64,000 nt of DNA. It comes from Bacteroidota bacterium. Its GTDB lineage: Bacteria > Bacteroidota > Bacteroidia > UKL13-3. Shown here in pieces: positions 1 through 9,746 of the stretch (positions are counted from its first letter, which is position 1; each line of letters begins with the position of its first letter). A program made the position numbers and the translations under genes. The DNA lies in assembly GCA_947457395.1 (NCBI GenBank), contig CANGVA010000002.1:81234-145233 (forward strand), given 5' to 3'. Below the pieces are notes generated by a model. The model made no database searches, was not told the origin of the DNA, and saw only the letters and a list, made by a program, of their open reading frames with translations.

Positions 1-2
1 TA

Positions 3-509
3 TTTGTTGGAGGATTTAATCATCCGCCAAACGTAGATGCGGTAATTTGGTTTATTAAAGAAATCTATCCATTGGTAAGAAAAGAAATACCAGATATCGT
101 GTTCCATGTTGTAGGATCCAATGCTCCGGAACAAATAACTAAACTGTCGTCTAAGCAAATAGTTGTACATGGTTTTGTTTCAGAACAAAAACTAAATCAA
201 CTTTACCTTGCTTGTAAAATGGTGGTAGTACCACTCAGGTATGGTGCTGGCATTAAAGGCAAGGTTGTTGAAGCCCTTTCGTTTGGAGTACCAATGGTTT
301 CAACATCAATAGGCATAGAAGGCTTAAATAATAATGATGAGGCTTTTCTGTGTGCTGATACGCCTGCTGCATTTGCTTCAAGTATTGTTAATGCCTACCA
401 AAATCGTTCGCACCTCGAATCCATTTCTAAGAGAGCCAAATCACTAATTCAACATTATTTTTCAAAGCAAAGTGCTAAAGATTTTATTAAACACGAAATG
501 CTTAGATAG
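3..509 (+). CDS. Glycosyltransferase family 1 (GT4-like), C-terminal fragment; 5' end lies outside the window
   Basis: The frame is open from base 3 (FVGGFNHPPNVDAV...). The C-terminal half shows the GT-B fold with an E-x7-E-like GVPMVSTSIGIEG region. The M at 72 in the ORF track is a TTG codon. Confidence 0.6.
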   Translation, partial: FVGGFNHPPNVDAVIWFIKEIYPLVRKEIPDIVFHVVGSNAPEQITKLSSKQIVVHGFVSEQKLNQLYLACKMVVVPLRYGAGIKGKVVEALSFGVPMVSTSIGIEGLNNNDEAFLCADTPAAFASSIVNAYQNRSHLESISKRAKSLIQHYFSKQSAKDFIKHEMLR

Positions 510-1944
510 CAAACCTGTTGTTTAACTTGCTATAATAGGGATCATCTTCAATCAACTTTTGCCACTTCTTTCGCATCAATGCAGACTCATGTCTGTAATG
601 CTTACCGGAAAGCCAACTTGCAAAAGGATGTTGTCTGGAAGCTGACTCATAGTGATAAAGTACAACATCTGCAGCATATACATTGTAGTATTGAGCTTGC
701 ATAAGCCTCAGGCAAAAATCTATATCGTTATAATTCACGGCAAAAGCAGCATCAAAACCCCCAACTTTATGAAATGCTTCTCTCGAAACCATCATACAAG
801 CTGCTGTAACTGCAGTATAGTTGCGATCAGTCGACACTTCTCTTTCATGCTCTGCTTTACCCAAATAAATATGTCTGCTAATAATATCAGGGTCTAAAAT
901 AATACCTGCATGCTGTATGGTATGATTTGGGTATAACAATTTAGCCCCCACTGCACCAGTTTTTCCTACATTAAATTTGCTAAGCATACGCTCGATCCAA
1001 TCAGGCGTTATAACAGAGGTATCGTTGTTTAAAAAAACAAAATAATCACCACTTGCATGAGCTACTCCAAGATTAATAAGTGCTGAAAAATTAAATGGAA
1101 TATTTGCAGTAGCCTGAACAAAGCGTTTGCCTAGCCGCTCTTTATATAGTTTTAACAACTCCAACAACTCAGCCTCATTACTTGCGTTATCAACCAACAC
1201 AATCTCAAAATTAGCATAAGTGGTTATATTTAATATAGCATCAACACTTTGTTTTACAAGAAAGGATTTATTGCGGGTTGGAATAATAATGCTTACTAAT
1301 TTCGCAGAATCGTGTTGTATGATTGTATTTCCTTTAAGCAATTTGATTTGCTGTTTGTGCAGTAAAACCTCTTGGCAATGCAGTGACCTGATACCTTTTT
1401 CTGATAAACTCTGCAGCCAGGCATACTGTGCCTCGGGCGTAAGCGGTATTTCTTCTTTAAATAACTCAACTTTTGCGCAATATGCATTTTGCAAATAGTT
1501 TGATTGGGCAAGTGTATGTGGGCTCCATGCGGGATTAAAATGAGGGCTTTGATGAGTGCCCTTTTGATTGACTTCGTCAAAATCAAAGCTTATTAATTCC
1601 GGAAAATCATTTGAAATTATAAATCGACTAAGTAGGGGCAGTGCATCGCGCCTAAATTGATCTCCTGAGTTGGCTATAACAACATAGCCGCTTTCTGGAA
1701 GCACAGTTGAACCTTTTGATAAAATGTGTATGGGGATACCGGCTTCCTTATCTGCTGTTATACTAGACTCAAGCCAAGAAGCATAATTAACAGGCCTGGC
1801 AAAAAACTTATTAATTAGCTTGGATAACATATTCCCATAAAAAAGCTGATATGAGCAATAAGAAAGAAGATAGTAAACCGATTGAAAGAAACCTGCATCG
1901 GTACCTGTGATGGTTCTGATTCTATTTTTTAAAAATCCCGGCAT
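502..1944 (-). CDS. Glycosyltransferase family 2 with an about 200-aa N-terminal domain of unknown function
   Basis: GT-A motifs are visible: IIPTRNKSFLVKQSVDAIL...EIVLVDNASNEAE and FLNNDT (DxD-like). The ATG is at 1942-1944. Confidence 0.6.
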   Translation of the reverse strand: MPGFLKNRIRTITGTDAGFFQSVYYLLSYCSYQLFYGNMLSKLINKFFARPVNYASWLESSITADKEAGIPIHILSKGSTVLPESGYVVIANSGDQFRRDALPLLSRFIISNDFPELISFDFDEVNQKGTHQSPHFNPAWSPHTLAQSNYLQNAYCAKVELFKEEIPLTPEAQYAWLQSLSEKGIRSLHCQEVLLHKQQIKLLKGNTIIQHDSAKLVSIIIPTRNKSFLVKQSVDAILNITTYANFEIVLVDNASNEAELLELLKLYKERLGKRFVQATANIPFNFSALINLGVAHASGDYFVFLNNDTSVITPDWIERMLSKFNVGKTGAVGAKLLYPNHTIQHAGIILDPDIISRHIYLGKAEHEREVSTDRNYTAVTAACMMVSREAFHKVGGFDAAFAVNYNDIDFCLRLMQAQYYNVYAADVVLYHYESASRQHPFASWLSGKHYRHESALMRKKWQKLIEDDPYYSKLNNRFAI

Positions 1945-1950
1945 GCATTG

Positions 1951-2688
1951 TTAATGGAAGAGACTTTCATAATAAGCTGCAACTTCATCTATTGGTCCGG
2001 TTAATGCAATTTTACCATCAACCAGACACGCACCATGCGTACAAATTCTTTTCAACTCAACCAAACTGTGTGAAACGTAAATAATAGAGCATCCTGATTT
2101 TTTTATTTCATTGATGCGGTGTGCGCACTTTTCCTGAAATCCAATATCGCCTACAGAGAGTGCTTCATCTACAATTAAAATATCTGGCGTTTTTGCTACT
2201 GAAATTGAAAAGCCTAGCCGGGCAGTCATGCCTGCCGAATAACGCTTTACCTGCATGTTTAAATCAGCCTTACTCAACTCGGAAAATTGTTCAACAAAAG
2301 TGGTTGTTTCCTTTATCTCCTTGCTATTCATACCCATCAGCGTTGCGATGAGTTTAATATTGTCATAACCCGAAAGTTCCAGCTCAATGCCTGCACCGAT
2401 GGATAACATTGGTGCTATTCGTCCTTCTACCTTAATAGCTCCACTACTAGGCGTGATTATGCCTGCAAGTGTTCTTAGCAGGGTGCTCTTACCAGAGCCG
2501 TTCTTTCCCATCAAGGCAAAGCATTCGCCTTTTTTAATGTCTAAAGAAACACCCTTAAGTATCTTTTTTTTCTCAAACGGACTCACCATCCCAAAAGACA
2601 TGATTAAATCTTTGAATGAATTAATTCGCTGATTCTGGATGTAAAAATCTACATATAAGTTCTCTATTTTGATAACGGTACTTTGCAT
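1951..2688 (-). CDS. wzt: Polysaccharide/O-antigen export ABC transporter ATP-binding protein, a short Wzt/TagH-like form without a C-terminal carbohydrate-binding domain
   Basis: Walker A GKNGSGKSTLL, the signature YSAGMTARLGFS and Walker B ILIVDEALSVGD are present. The start was trimmed to the internal Met (MQSTVIKIENLYVDF) that abuts the wzm stop. Confidence 0.75.
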   Translation of the reverse strand: MQSTVIKIENLYVDFYIQNQRINSFKDLIMSFGMVSPFEKKKILKGVSLDIKKGECFALMGKNGSGKSTLLRTLAGIITPSSGAIKVEGRIAPMLSIGAGIELELSGYDNIKLIATLMGMNSKEIKETTTFVEQFSELSKADLNMQVKRYSAGMTARLGFSISVAKTPDILIVDEALSVGDIGFQEKCAHRINEIKKSGCSIIYVSHSLVELKRICTHGACLVDGKIALTGPIDEVAAYYESLFH

Positions 2689-2696
2689 GTAATGAT

Positions 2697-3467
2697 TTAA
2701 TAAAAAGACACGAAATTTTTCTTGAGTTTGTGGTAAACAAGCAAACCAATAAGGGCTGCGCATAGAGCCATACCAATTGTAATGAGCCACATTTGAATAC
2801 CCGGAACAGCATTTTGGTAAAGTATAATTCGCATAAACTCAATGTAATGATAGAGTGGATTTAGCGTAATAATCAAGTGATACTTTTCAGGAATCATCTT
2901 AGACGAGTAGGCGATTGGTGTAAAGTAAAAAATGGCCGGAGAAAGGGTATTCCACAGTAATCCTATGTCACGAAAAAAAACATTTAACGTGCACAAAAAC
3001 AAGCCAGCACCAAAACTGAAAACCGAAAAGATGATAACTGCAGGAATCAATAGCAGCAATTCAGAAGAAAAGTTGAGGCCAAAGAAAATCATTAATCCAA
3101 AAAATGGAATAAAAGAGAGCAGAAAGGTGAACAACTCTGCTGCTAAAGCACTAAAAGGGAATAACAATTTAGGAATAGCGATGGTCTTTAGTACGCTGGC
3201 ATTATTAATAATAGATAACATCATTTGATTGATGGTATTATTAAAATAAGTCCAGAACATGAGGCCAATCAGCGCAAATAATGAGTAGCGCTCAATATCC
3301 GGAAAAGCATTGCTGAAAACGATGGTAAATATAATCAGATAGGCCAGTGGATGAAGCAGGCTCCATACAAAACCCAGGGCAGAGTTTTTGTACTTCATCT
3401 TCATGTTTTTAACGGCCACGGCTGTAACCAGATTGGGAAAGTTCTTAAGTGCGTGAATGGAAATCAT
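2697..3467 (-). CDS. wzm: ABC-2 type polysaccharide export permease (Wzm-like)
   Basis: It is a six-TM ABC-2 permease with the conserved KYKNSALGFVWSLLHP N-terminal region and sits immediately upstream of wzt. Confidence 0.7.
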   Translation of the reverse strand: MISIHALKNFPNLVTAVAVKNMKMKYKNSALGFVWSLLHPLAYLIIFTIVFSNAFPDIERYSLFALIGLMFWTYFNNTINQMMLSIINNASVLKTIAIPKLLFPFSALAAELFTFLLSFIPFFGLMIFFGLNFSSELLLLIPAVIIFSVFSFGAGLFLCTLNVFFRDIGLLWNTLSPAIFYFTPIAYSSKMIPEKYHLIITLNPLYHYIEFMRIILYQNAVPGIQMWLITIGMALCAALIGLLVYHKLKKNFVSFY

Positions 3468-3490
3468 AGTAGCGAAGATATTCTTTTAAT

Positions 3491-4438
3491 TTAATCAGGC
3501 TTTGCAGCGCTTTCGATATTGGTCTCCTCTATTAAAAAATCAGGCCTATTCATTACATTGCTCATAATCCGGCTAATATACTCACCAATTATACCCATAC
3601 AAAAAAGCTGGGTACCACCTATAAGGGTAATGAGTATCATCATAGATGTCCATCCTTTAACAGTTGAGTGTAAAACAAATTTTGAGATCAGGGCATATAC
3701 AATGGCACCCATTGAAACAAGTGACATAAGTAAGCCGATATAGGTAACCAACCTGATAGGAAAATGAGAAAACGCGGTAATACCATCAATGGCAAGATTG
3801 AGCATCTTTTTTAATGGATAACCGGTTTGGCCATGCAGTCTTGGGTCTCTGTTATAGGTGATAAATGTTTGTTTAAACCCTACCCATGCAATCTGACCAC
3901 GAAGAAACTTATTCTTCTCGGGCATACTCATAACTGCTTTTCGAACCCGTTCACTGATGATTCTGAAATCACCTGTGTCAACAGGTATATCAATGCTGGT
4001 AACTGATGAAATAAACCGGTAAAATATTTTAGCAGTTAATTTCTTAAACAATGATTCGCCTATGCGTTTATTTCTTTTTGCATAAACCACTTCATAACCC
4101 TCTTCTGCCTTTTTTAGCATTTCATGTATCAGTTCTGGGGGGTCCTGTAGGTCGGCATCTATAATGGCTATATACTTTCCGCTGGCATAAGTCAAACCTG
4201 CATAAACAGCAAGCTGGTGTCCGAAATTTCTGGAGAATGAGATAAACTTAACATGCTGGTACGCTGCAGCTATCTCTTTTATTTTAAATAATGATAAATC
4301 CTTGCTTCCATCATTTACAAACAGTAACTCATAATGAAGTGCGCCTAATGTATCATTCAATCTCTTAAATAAAACTTCTATATTCGCTTCTTCATTAAAT
4401 ACAGGAGCCACCACACTTAAGTAAGCTTTCTCTGACAT
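3491..4438 (-). CDS. Polyprenyl-phosphate glycosyltransferase (GtrB/ArnC/DPM1-like GT2) with a C-terminal membrane anchor
   Basis: Motifs seen are VVAPVFNEEANI, FVNDGSKD and DADLQDPPE, followed by two C-terminal TM helices. Confidence 0.7.
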   Translation of the reverse strand: MSEKAYLSVVAPVFNEEANIEVLFKRLNDTLGALHYELLFVNDGSKDLSLFKIKEIAAAYQHVKFISFSRNFGHQLAVYAGLTYASGKYIAIIDADLQDPPELIHEMLKKAEEGYEVVYAKRNKRIGESLFKKLTAKIFYRFISSVTSIDIPVDTGDFRIISERVRKAVMSMPEKNKFLRGQIAWVGFKQTFITYNRDPRLHGQTGYPLKKMLNLAIDGITAFSHFPIRLVTYIGLLMSLVSMGAIVYALISKFVLHSTVKGWTSMMILITLIGGTQLFCMGIIGEYISRIMSNVMNRPDFLIEETNIESAAKPD

Positions 4439-5717
4439 GATTGCCGGTTTTATTAAAAATCTCTGTATTCCGCTTTTTGCATTGGTATGCCTTGCAAGTA
4501 TAACTATATTTATTTACTTCCTTCAACACGGTGAGTGGCCGCTGTTTAATCAATGCCTGTGTCACTGGGATTGCGGATGGTATCATAATATTAAACAATT
4601 GGGTTATGTACTGCATGCCGATAGAGAAAGCAACCTCGCTTTTTTTCCCTTGTTTCCATACTTGTGGCGGTGGCTGGATACAACTGTTTTGCAAATGAGC
4701 ATTATCAATGCAACCATCTTCTGCCTGTCGTTTGCATGGGCGCAACATTACTTTGCATTTAGCAAACCGGTTTGGGTAACTTTTTTCTGCTTAGGGTTGT
4801 TGCCGTTTTTTATGGTGCCTTATTCAGAGAGTTTGTTTTTTGCCGGCTCTATTGTTTTTCTGATGGGGCTTCAGAAAAAAAACGGATTATACATCATTGC
4901 CGGAATTGCCATCAGTGTAATGGCCCGCTCGGCATCTATGATATTTGGTGTAGCGTTTTTGATATTGTTTATACATGAGTGGATGGAAGAGCGCCACCAG
5001 CAAAAAAAACAGTGGCTGGCATTGTTGGGTTTTATGGCCACCCTGGTTTTTACCCTGTTGGTTTTTTATATACATTATCTCAAAACCGGTAACTTTTTTG
5101 CGTTTTTTTATGCGCAGCAATTTTGGGAACACCATGCTGGTTTGCCTCAACTGCCCCTTACTTCATGGCATTGGCCTACACATATCAGCGATTCGGTTGC
5201 ACTCATTTTCGGACTCACTTCTATTATATTGGTTATACAGATTTTACTAAAACAATGGTTTTCGTTTACACCCAAGTTCAGGCCTTTTCAAATCAATGAA
5301 AAAATTCATGCTGCAGAGTTGTTCAGCCTACTTTATTTGGCCGGTACAGCCGGTGCCATATTGTTGTTTCAAGGAGGTAATTTGCACAGCCTCAACCGTT
5401 ATGTAATGGCTACGCCCTTTTTTATTTTTCTGATTCAACTGTTCTATTCAAAAAAGGTAAGTATACGTTTTACATCCGTGCAGTACCTGATATTTACCAT
5501 ACTCATCGGAACCATTTTTCCCAGACAAACGTATATCGAACATTATATACTAATAGCTACAGGTATATTTATTTTACCGGCAAGCATATTTTTTAAAAAT
5601 ACTCCGCAAAGTAACAAAGGCTTCAACTTTATGGTTAAGTATTTGCCATTGCTAATTGGAGCTGTTTATCAAATTATGAGTTTAACGAAGTATTTATCCG
5701 GAAAATGGATGGGCTGA
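4437..5717 (+). CDS. Polytopic membrane protein, putative GT-C fold glycosyltransferase (PIG-V/DUF2029-like)
   Basis: There are at least 10 predicted TM segments, an N-terminal HWDCGWYHN motif, and a divergent position next to the GtrB-like gene. The family assignment was not verified. Confidence 0.4.
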   Translation: MIAGFIKNLCIPLFALVCLASITIFIYFLQHGEWPLFNQCLCHWDCGWYHNIKQLGYVLHADRESNLAFFPLFPYLWRWLDTTVLQMSIINATIFCLSFAWAQHYFAFSKPVWVTFFCLGLLPFFMVPYSESLFFAGSIVFLMGLQKKNGLYIIAGIAISVMARSASMIFGVAFLILFIHEWMEERHQQKKQWLALLGFMATLVFTLLVFYIHYLKTGNFFAFFYAQQFWEHHAGLPQLPLTSWHWPTHISDSVALIFGLTSIILVIQILLKQWFSFTPKFRPFQINEKIHAAELFSLLYLAGTAGAILLFQGGNLHSLNRYVMATPFFIFLIQLFYSKKVSIRFTSVQYLIFTILIGTIFPRQTYIEHYILIATGIFILPASIFFKNTPQSNKGFNFMVKYLPLLIGAVYQIMSLTKYLSGKWMG

Positions 5718-6763
5718 TGAGGCAACAAACTATTTACATAAATGGCCGTTTTTTAATGCAAACCATTACCGGTGTGCAATTATATGCACGTGAAATATGC
5801 AGATATCTTACGCACCAAGAAACCCGCAGGTTTGTGCTTATTGCGCCAACAGGCACAAAACTCCCCAATGAGCTGGCTCACCTTGATTTTGTTGCCATGG
5901 GAAAAACCAAAGGCTACTCATGGGAACAGATTGAATTGCCTGCATACCTCAAAAAAAGAGGATCTCCCTTGCTTATCAATTTATGCAATACCGCACCGCT
6001 CCTTTATAGAAATCAGTTTGTAACCATTCATGACCTTGCTTTTCTGCATCATCCGGAATGGTATAGTAAGGGTTTTGCCACCGTATACCGATATCTTATT
6101 CCAAGAATTGCCAAACGAGCCGAAAAAGTAATTACAGTTAGCGAAACCATTAAACAACAGCTAATAAATCAGTTGCATATTCAGCAAAAACAAATTTGCG
6201 TTTTAGGCAATGGTCTTCAGTATGATGTGCTGAACAGTCATTCAGATGGAGTGAAGGAAAAACTTATATTTACCGTAGGCTCTATCAACCCTAGAAAAAA
6301 CCTGCGCACCCTTGTTCAAGCTTTTGAATTAGCAAATCTTACGGGCTATAAACTTGTTATTTGCGGTGCCGGAGATAATGTTTTTGGTAAAGAGAAACTG
6401 ATTGTTTCAAACCCCAATATCGTCTTTGCCGGTTATATGGATAATGCATCCATGCTTTCTTATTATAAAAAAGCCGAAGTATTTATCAGCCTGTCTTTAG
6501 ATGAAGGCTTTGGCATACCAGTGCTGGAGGCTGCATACTTTAATTGTAAGTTGCTGCTTTCAGACATAGCCGTTTTTCGTGAGTTATACGGTAAAGTGGC
6601 AACATTTATCAACCCAAATGATGTTGTAGCCGCTTCTGCCACCCTATCTCAACTTGTTCAAAATCATACTACTAATAATACAGCCGTTGCTTCATTGCTG
6701 GCTGCCCACACCTATAAAAAATCGGCTACAGAGCTAACCAAACTCACAGATGCTTTTTTTTAG
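5705..6763 (+). CDS. Glycosyltransferase family 1 (GT4)
   Basis: GT-B fold C-terminal region with the EGFGIPVLEA motif. The start could also be the Met at 5717. Confidence 0.65.
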   Translation: MDGLMRQQTIYINGRFLMQTITGVQLYAREICRYLTHQETRRFVLIAPTGTKLPNELAHLDFVAMGKTKGYSWEQIELPAYLKKRGSPLLINLCNTAPLLYRNQFVTIHDLAFLHHPEWYSKGFATVYRYLIPRIAKRAEKVITVSETIKQQLINQLHIQQKQICVLGNGLQYDVLNSHSDGVKEKLIFTVGSINPRKNLRTLVQAFELANLTGYKLVICGAGDNVFGKEKLIVSNPNIVFAGYMDNASMLSYYKKAEVFISLSLDEGFGIPVLEAAYFNCKLLLSDIAVFRELYGKVATFINPNDVVAASATLSQLVQNHTTNNTAVASLLAAHTYKKSATELTKLTDAFF

Positions 6764-6785
6764 TTAAGTTTGATGCCATACATTA

Positions 6786-7973
6786 ATGAAAGTAGCTCTT
6801 GTACATGATTGGTATACGGTGAGTGCCGGTGGAGAAAAAGTGATGCGCGCCATACTGAATAGCTTCACTGATAAAAGCTATTTACGTGAAAACCCTTTAA
6901 CCTCAAATTGGGAAAAGATTGAAACCGATAAAATTTCTGTATTTAGTTTGATTGATTTTTTAAGCAAAGCTGATAGAGCTTATTTATTAAATGGCAGAAA
7001 CGTAAATGCCAGTTTTATTCAGCATTTCCCGTTTGCTAAAAAACTATACCGCAACTACCTTCCCTTTTATATAAAGGCTATTGAATCTTTGGATCTGTCT
7101 CGTTTTGATCTGATAATTTCTTCTTCTTCTTCTGTTGCTAAAGGTGTTAAGAAAAGGCCAGGCCAAATACATATTTGCTATTGCCATACACCCATAAGAT
7201 ACGCATGGGATTTACAGGATCAATACCTGGAGCTGATGAACCCGATGCTGAAGCCGTTTACTTTTTATATTAAATATGAACTTTCTAAACTACGCAAGTG
7301 GGATTTGGAAACACAAGGCAGGGTAGATCATTTTTTAGCCAGTTCCGGTTTTATTGCCGAAAGGATAAAGCGCATATACAACAGAGATGCAACGGTTGTT
7401 TACCCGCCAGTAGATACCGACTCCTTTGCCTTGGCACCAAAACCACGAAAAAATTTTTATGTTACAGCTGGCCGCTTGGTTCCCTATAAAAAAATGCATG
7501 TTATTGCAGAAGCTTTTCGCCTCATGCCGGAAAAAAAGCTATTTATTATTGGTGATGGTCCTGACAGGAGCGTGGTTAAAAGATATTGCAACGATAATAT
7601 CGTACATCTAGGATATCAGCCTAAAGATAGGATGGTGAAATATATTCAGGAAGCAAAAGCATTTGTTTTAGCTGCCGAAGAAGATTTCGGTATCACTACC
7701 GTAGAAGCAGAGGCATGCGGAACACCAATTATTGCCTACAAAAAGGGTGGTTATTTGGAAACAGTGGTTGATGGGAAAACAGGTGTATTCTTTGAGCATC
7801 AAACAGCAAAAGAAATAAAAGAGGCTGTTCTGAATTTTGAACGCAAGGAGCAGGATTTTATTCCTGAAAATATAAGGAAACAGGCACTAAAATTTGCAGA
7901 GAAGAAGTTTAATTCAAACTTTGTTAAAGAAGTTAAACGTATATTACATGAAAAACGTGGAAATGCTTCATAA
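6786..7973 (+). CDS. Glycosyltransferase family 1 (GT4)
   Basis: MKVALVHDWYTVSAGGEKV N-terminus and the EDFGITTVEAEACGTPIIAYKKGG motif. Confidence 0.7.
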   Translation: MKVALVHDWYTVSAGGEKVMRAILNSFTDKSYLRENPLTSNWEKIETDKISVFSLIDFLSKADRAYLLNGRNVNASFIQHFPFAKKLYRNYLPFYIKAIESLDLSRFDLIISSSSSVAKGVKKRPGQIHICYCHTPIRYAWDLQDQYLELMNPMLKPFTFYIKYELSKLRKWDLETQGRVDHFLASSGFIAERIKRIYNRDATVVYPPVDTDSFALAPKPRKNFYVTAGRLVPYKKMHVIAEAFRLMPEKKLFIIGDGPDRSVVKRYCNDNIVHLGYQPKDRMVKYIQEAKAFVLAAEEDFGITTVEAEACGTPIIAYKKGGYLETVVDGKTGVFFEHQTAKEIKEAVLNFERKEQDFIPENIRKQALKFAEKKFNSNFVKEVKRILHEKRGNAS

Positions 7974-9186
7974 ATTGAAAATAGCTGCACTCATGCTGGC
8001 ATCTGCATTTCCATTGTTTATGCCTCATCAGATATCCGGAATTGGTATGCTGCTACTAATAATTTGCGGCATTTCCGTTATTGGAGAAAGTGATTATTAC
8101 TTTGACTGGAAGAAAATGCTGGTGATCAGTGCTCCTTTTCTGATTTTTGGTGCTGCCATGATGCAAACTACTCATACAGATGCAGGATTAGAAGTATTGC
8201 AAAAGAAATTACTCTTACTTGCCTTACCTTTCACATTTGCTGTAAGCAAAAACCTTACCGATGAAAAATTGCGTGGTAAATTATTTCTGGTTTTCGAAGT
8301 TTCTGCTTTTGCCATCGGGCTTTACGCCAATCTTATGATGCGTTTTAAAGGCCTTACCATAACCGACCCGAATAACACAGATTACACGTACATTTATCGT
8401 CATGCACTTGAATACTATTCGGGCCTGCATCCTACCTACTATGCAGCAATTTTGTTTTTTGCCGCATTCCTTAGCTTAAATAATTTGGTACGCGACTGGA
8501 AAAAACGGCATGAAAACAAAATGGTTTGGATAGAACTGGTATTGACCATTTTACTCAGCACTATGGCTACTGCTTCTGCAGCCAGAGCACCACTGCTTGC
8601 CTTTGCTGTTATTTTATTTGCATGGAGTTTTGTGCACTTTAAAAACCTTGGTAAAACGTGGATTACCTTTTTGCTGGCTGCACTCTTTAGTATCACCCTG
8701 ATATCATTACCATCTACCAGAAACCGTATACTGGAAATGGTTAATCCTGCAAATTTTAATGCCCCATCAGGAAACAATGATAATGGAACAAATGTACGTG
8801 CCGGTATTTATTTGTGTAATTGGCAAACCCTTAAACAACACTGGCTAATTGGTGTTGGCACCGGTGATGTACAAACAGAACTAAATAACTGCCTCAGGCA
8901 ATTTAATACAAGCGTATATGATAACTTTGATTATAACACACATAATGAATACCTAAACATCTGGTTCTCGGCAGGTATCATCGGATTACTTGTATTTCTT
9001 GCCTCACTTTTTTTCTCCTTCAAACATGCCATTCAACATAAAAAATACACCTACTTGTACTTTCTTATTTTTATGAGCATCTGCTTTTTTACAGAAAATT
9101 ATTTAGAGCGCCAAGCAGGCATCATGCTGTATACATGGTTTCAATGTCTGTTTTTGTTTACACCAAAAGAAACACATCACACATGA
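7948..9186 (+). CDS. O-antigen ligase/polymerase-like (Wzy_C family) membrane protein
   Basis: About 10-12 TM helices with a large periplasmic loop near the C-terminal third. The start was trimmed to a Met beyond the stop of the upstream gene. The family call is by architecture only. Confidence 0.45.
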   Translation: MKNVEMLHKLKIAALMLASAFPLFMPHQISGIGMLLLIICGISVIGESDYYFDWKKMLVISAPFLIFGAAMMQTTHTDAGLEVLQKKLLLLALPFTFAVSKNLTDEKLRGKLFLVFEVSAFAIGLYANLMMRFKGLTITDPNNTDYTYIYRHALEYYSGLHPTYYAAILFFAAFLSLNNLVRDWKKRHENKMVWIELVLTILLSTMATASAARAPLLAFAVILFAWSFVHFKNLGKTWITFLLAALFSITLISLPSTRNRILEMVNPANFNAPSGNNDNGTNVRAGIYLCNWQTLKQHWLIGVGTGDVQTELNNCLRQFNTSVYDNFDYNTHNEYLNIWFSAGIIGLLVFLASLFFSFKHAIQHKKYTYLYFLIFMSICFFTENYLERQAGIMLYTWFQCLFLFTPKETHHT

Positions 9187-9746
9187 AACTATCTTTTACG
9201 GAAATTTCTACCATAAGTCTTACACTTTTTGCTGTTATTGATATTTTGGGAGCCCTACCCATTATCATCGGAATGCGTCAAAAAAATGCGCATATTGATT
9301 CTGGTTGGGCAACAGTAGCTGCTGGAATTTTAATGGTTTTATTTTTACTTATTGGAGAAAAGTTGCTTGGATTATTTGGAATAGATGTATCATCATTTGC
9401 AGTTGCCGGGAGTATCGTAATTTTTATAATTGCCATTGAGATGATTTTAGGAATTGACCTATTCCGTCATGATCCGCATGAAAAAACAGGCAGTATTGTT
9501 CCCATCGCCTTCCCAATTATTGCAGGTTCAGGAACGCTAACCACCATTATTTCTCTTAAAGCCATTTATACATTTGAGAATATCCTATTAGGCATTCTGT
9601 TTAATTTAATGTTTGTTTATATCGCACTGAAATCTACCGGATTTATTGAACGGATACTTGGTAAGCCCGGATTGTTGCTTATACGTAAATTTTTTGGCAT
9701 TGTACTCCTTGCTATCGCTGTAAAGTTGTTTAAAACAAACTTCTAA
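9183..9746 (+). CDS. MarC family (UPF0056) integral membrane protein
   Basis: MKLSFTEISTISLTLFAVIDILGALPIIIGM and Gly-rich TM helices typical of MarC. There is a 4-bp ATGA overlap with the upstream gene. Confidence 0.7.
   Translation: MKLSFTEISTISLTLFAVIDILGALPIIIGMRQKNAHIDSGWATVAAGILMVLFLLIGEKLLGLFGIDVSSFAVAGSIVIFIIAIEMILGIDLFRHDPHEKTGSIVPIAFPIIAGSGTLTTIISLKAIYTFENILLGILFNLMFVYIALKSTGFIERILGKPGLLLIRKFFGIVLLAIAVKLFKTNF

Noticed and set aside
4395-4748. 117-aa minus-strand ORF overlapping the GtrB-like start and the membrane-protein 5' end
   Set aside because: It lies entirely inside two better-supported genes, has an odd composition and no motifs.
7894-7947. ORF-track N-terminal extension (MQRRSLIQ...) of the Wzy_C-like gene
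   Set aside because: The extension overlaps the 3' end of the upstream GT4 gene by about 80 bp. The start was moved to the in-frame Met at 7948 (or 7963), beyond the GT4 stop.
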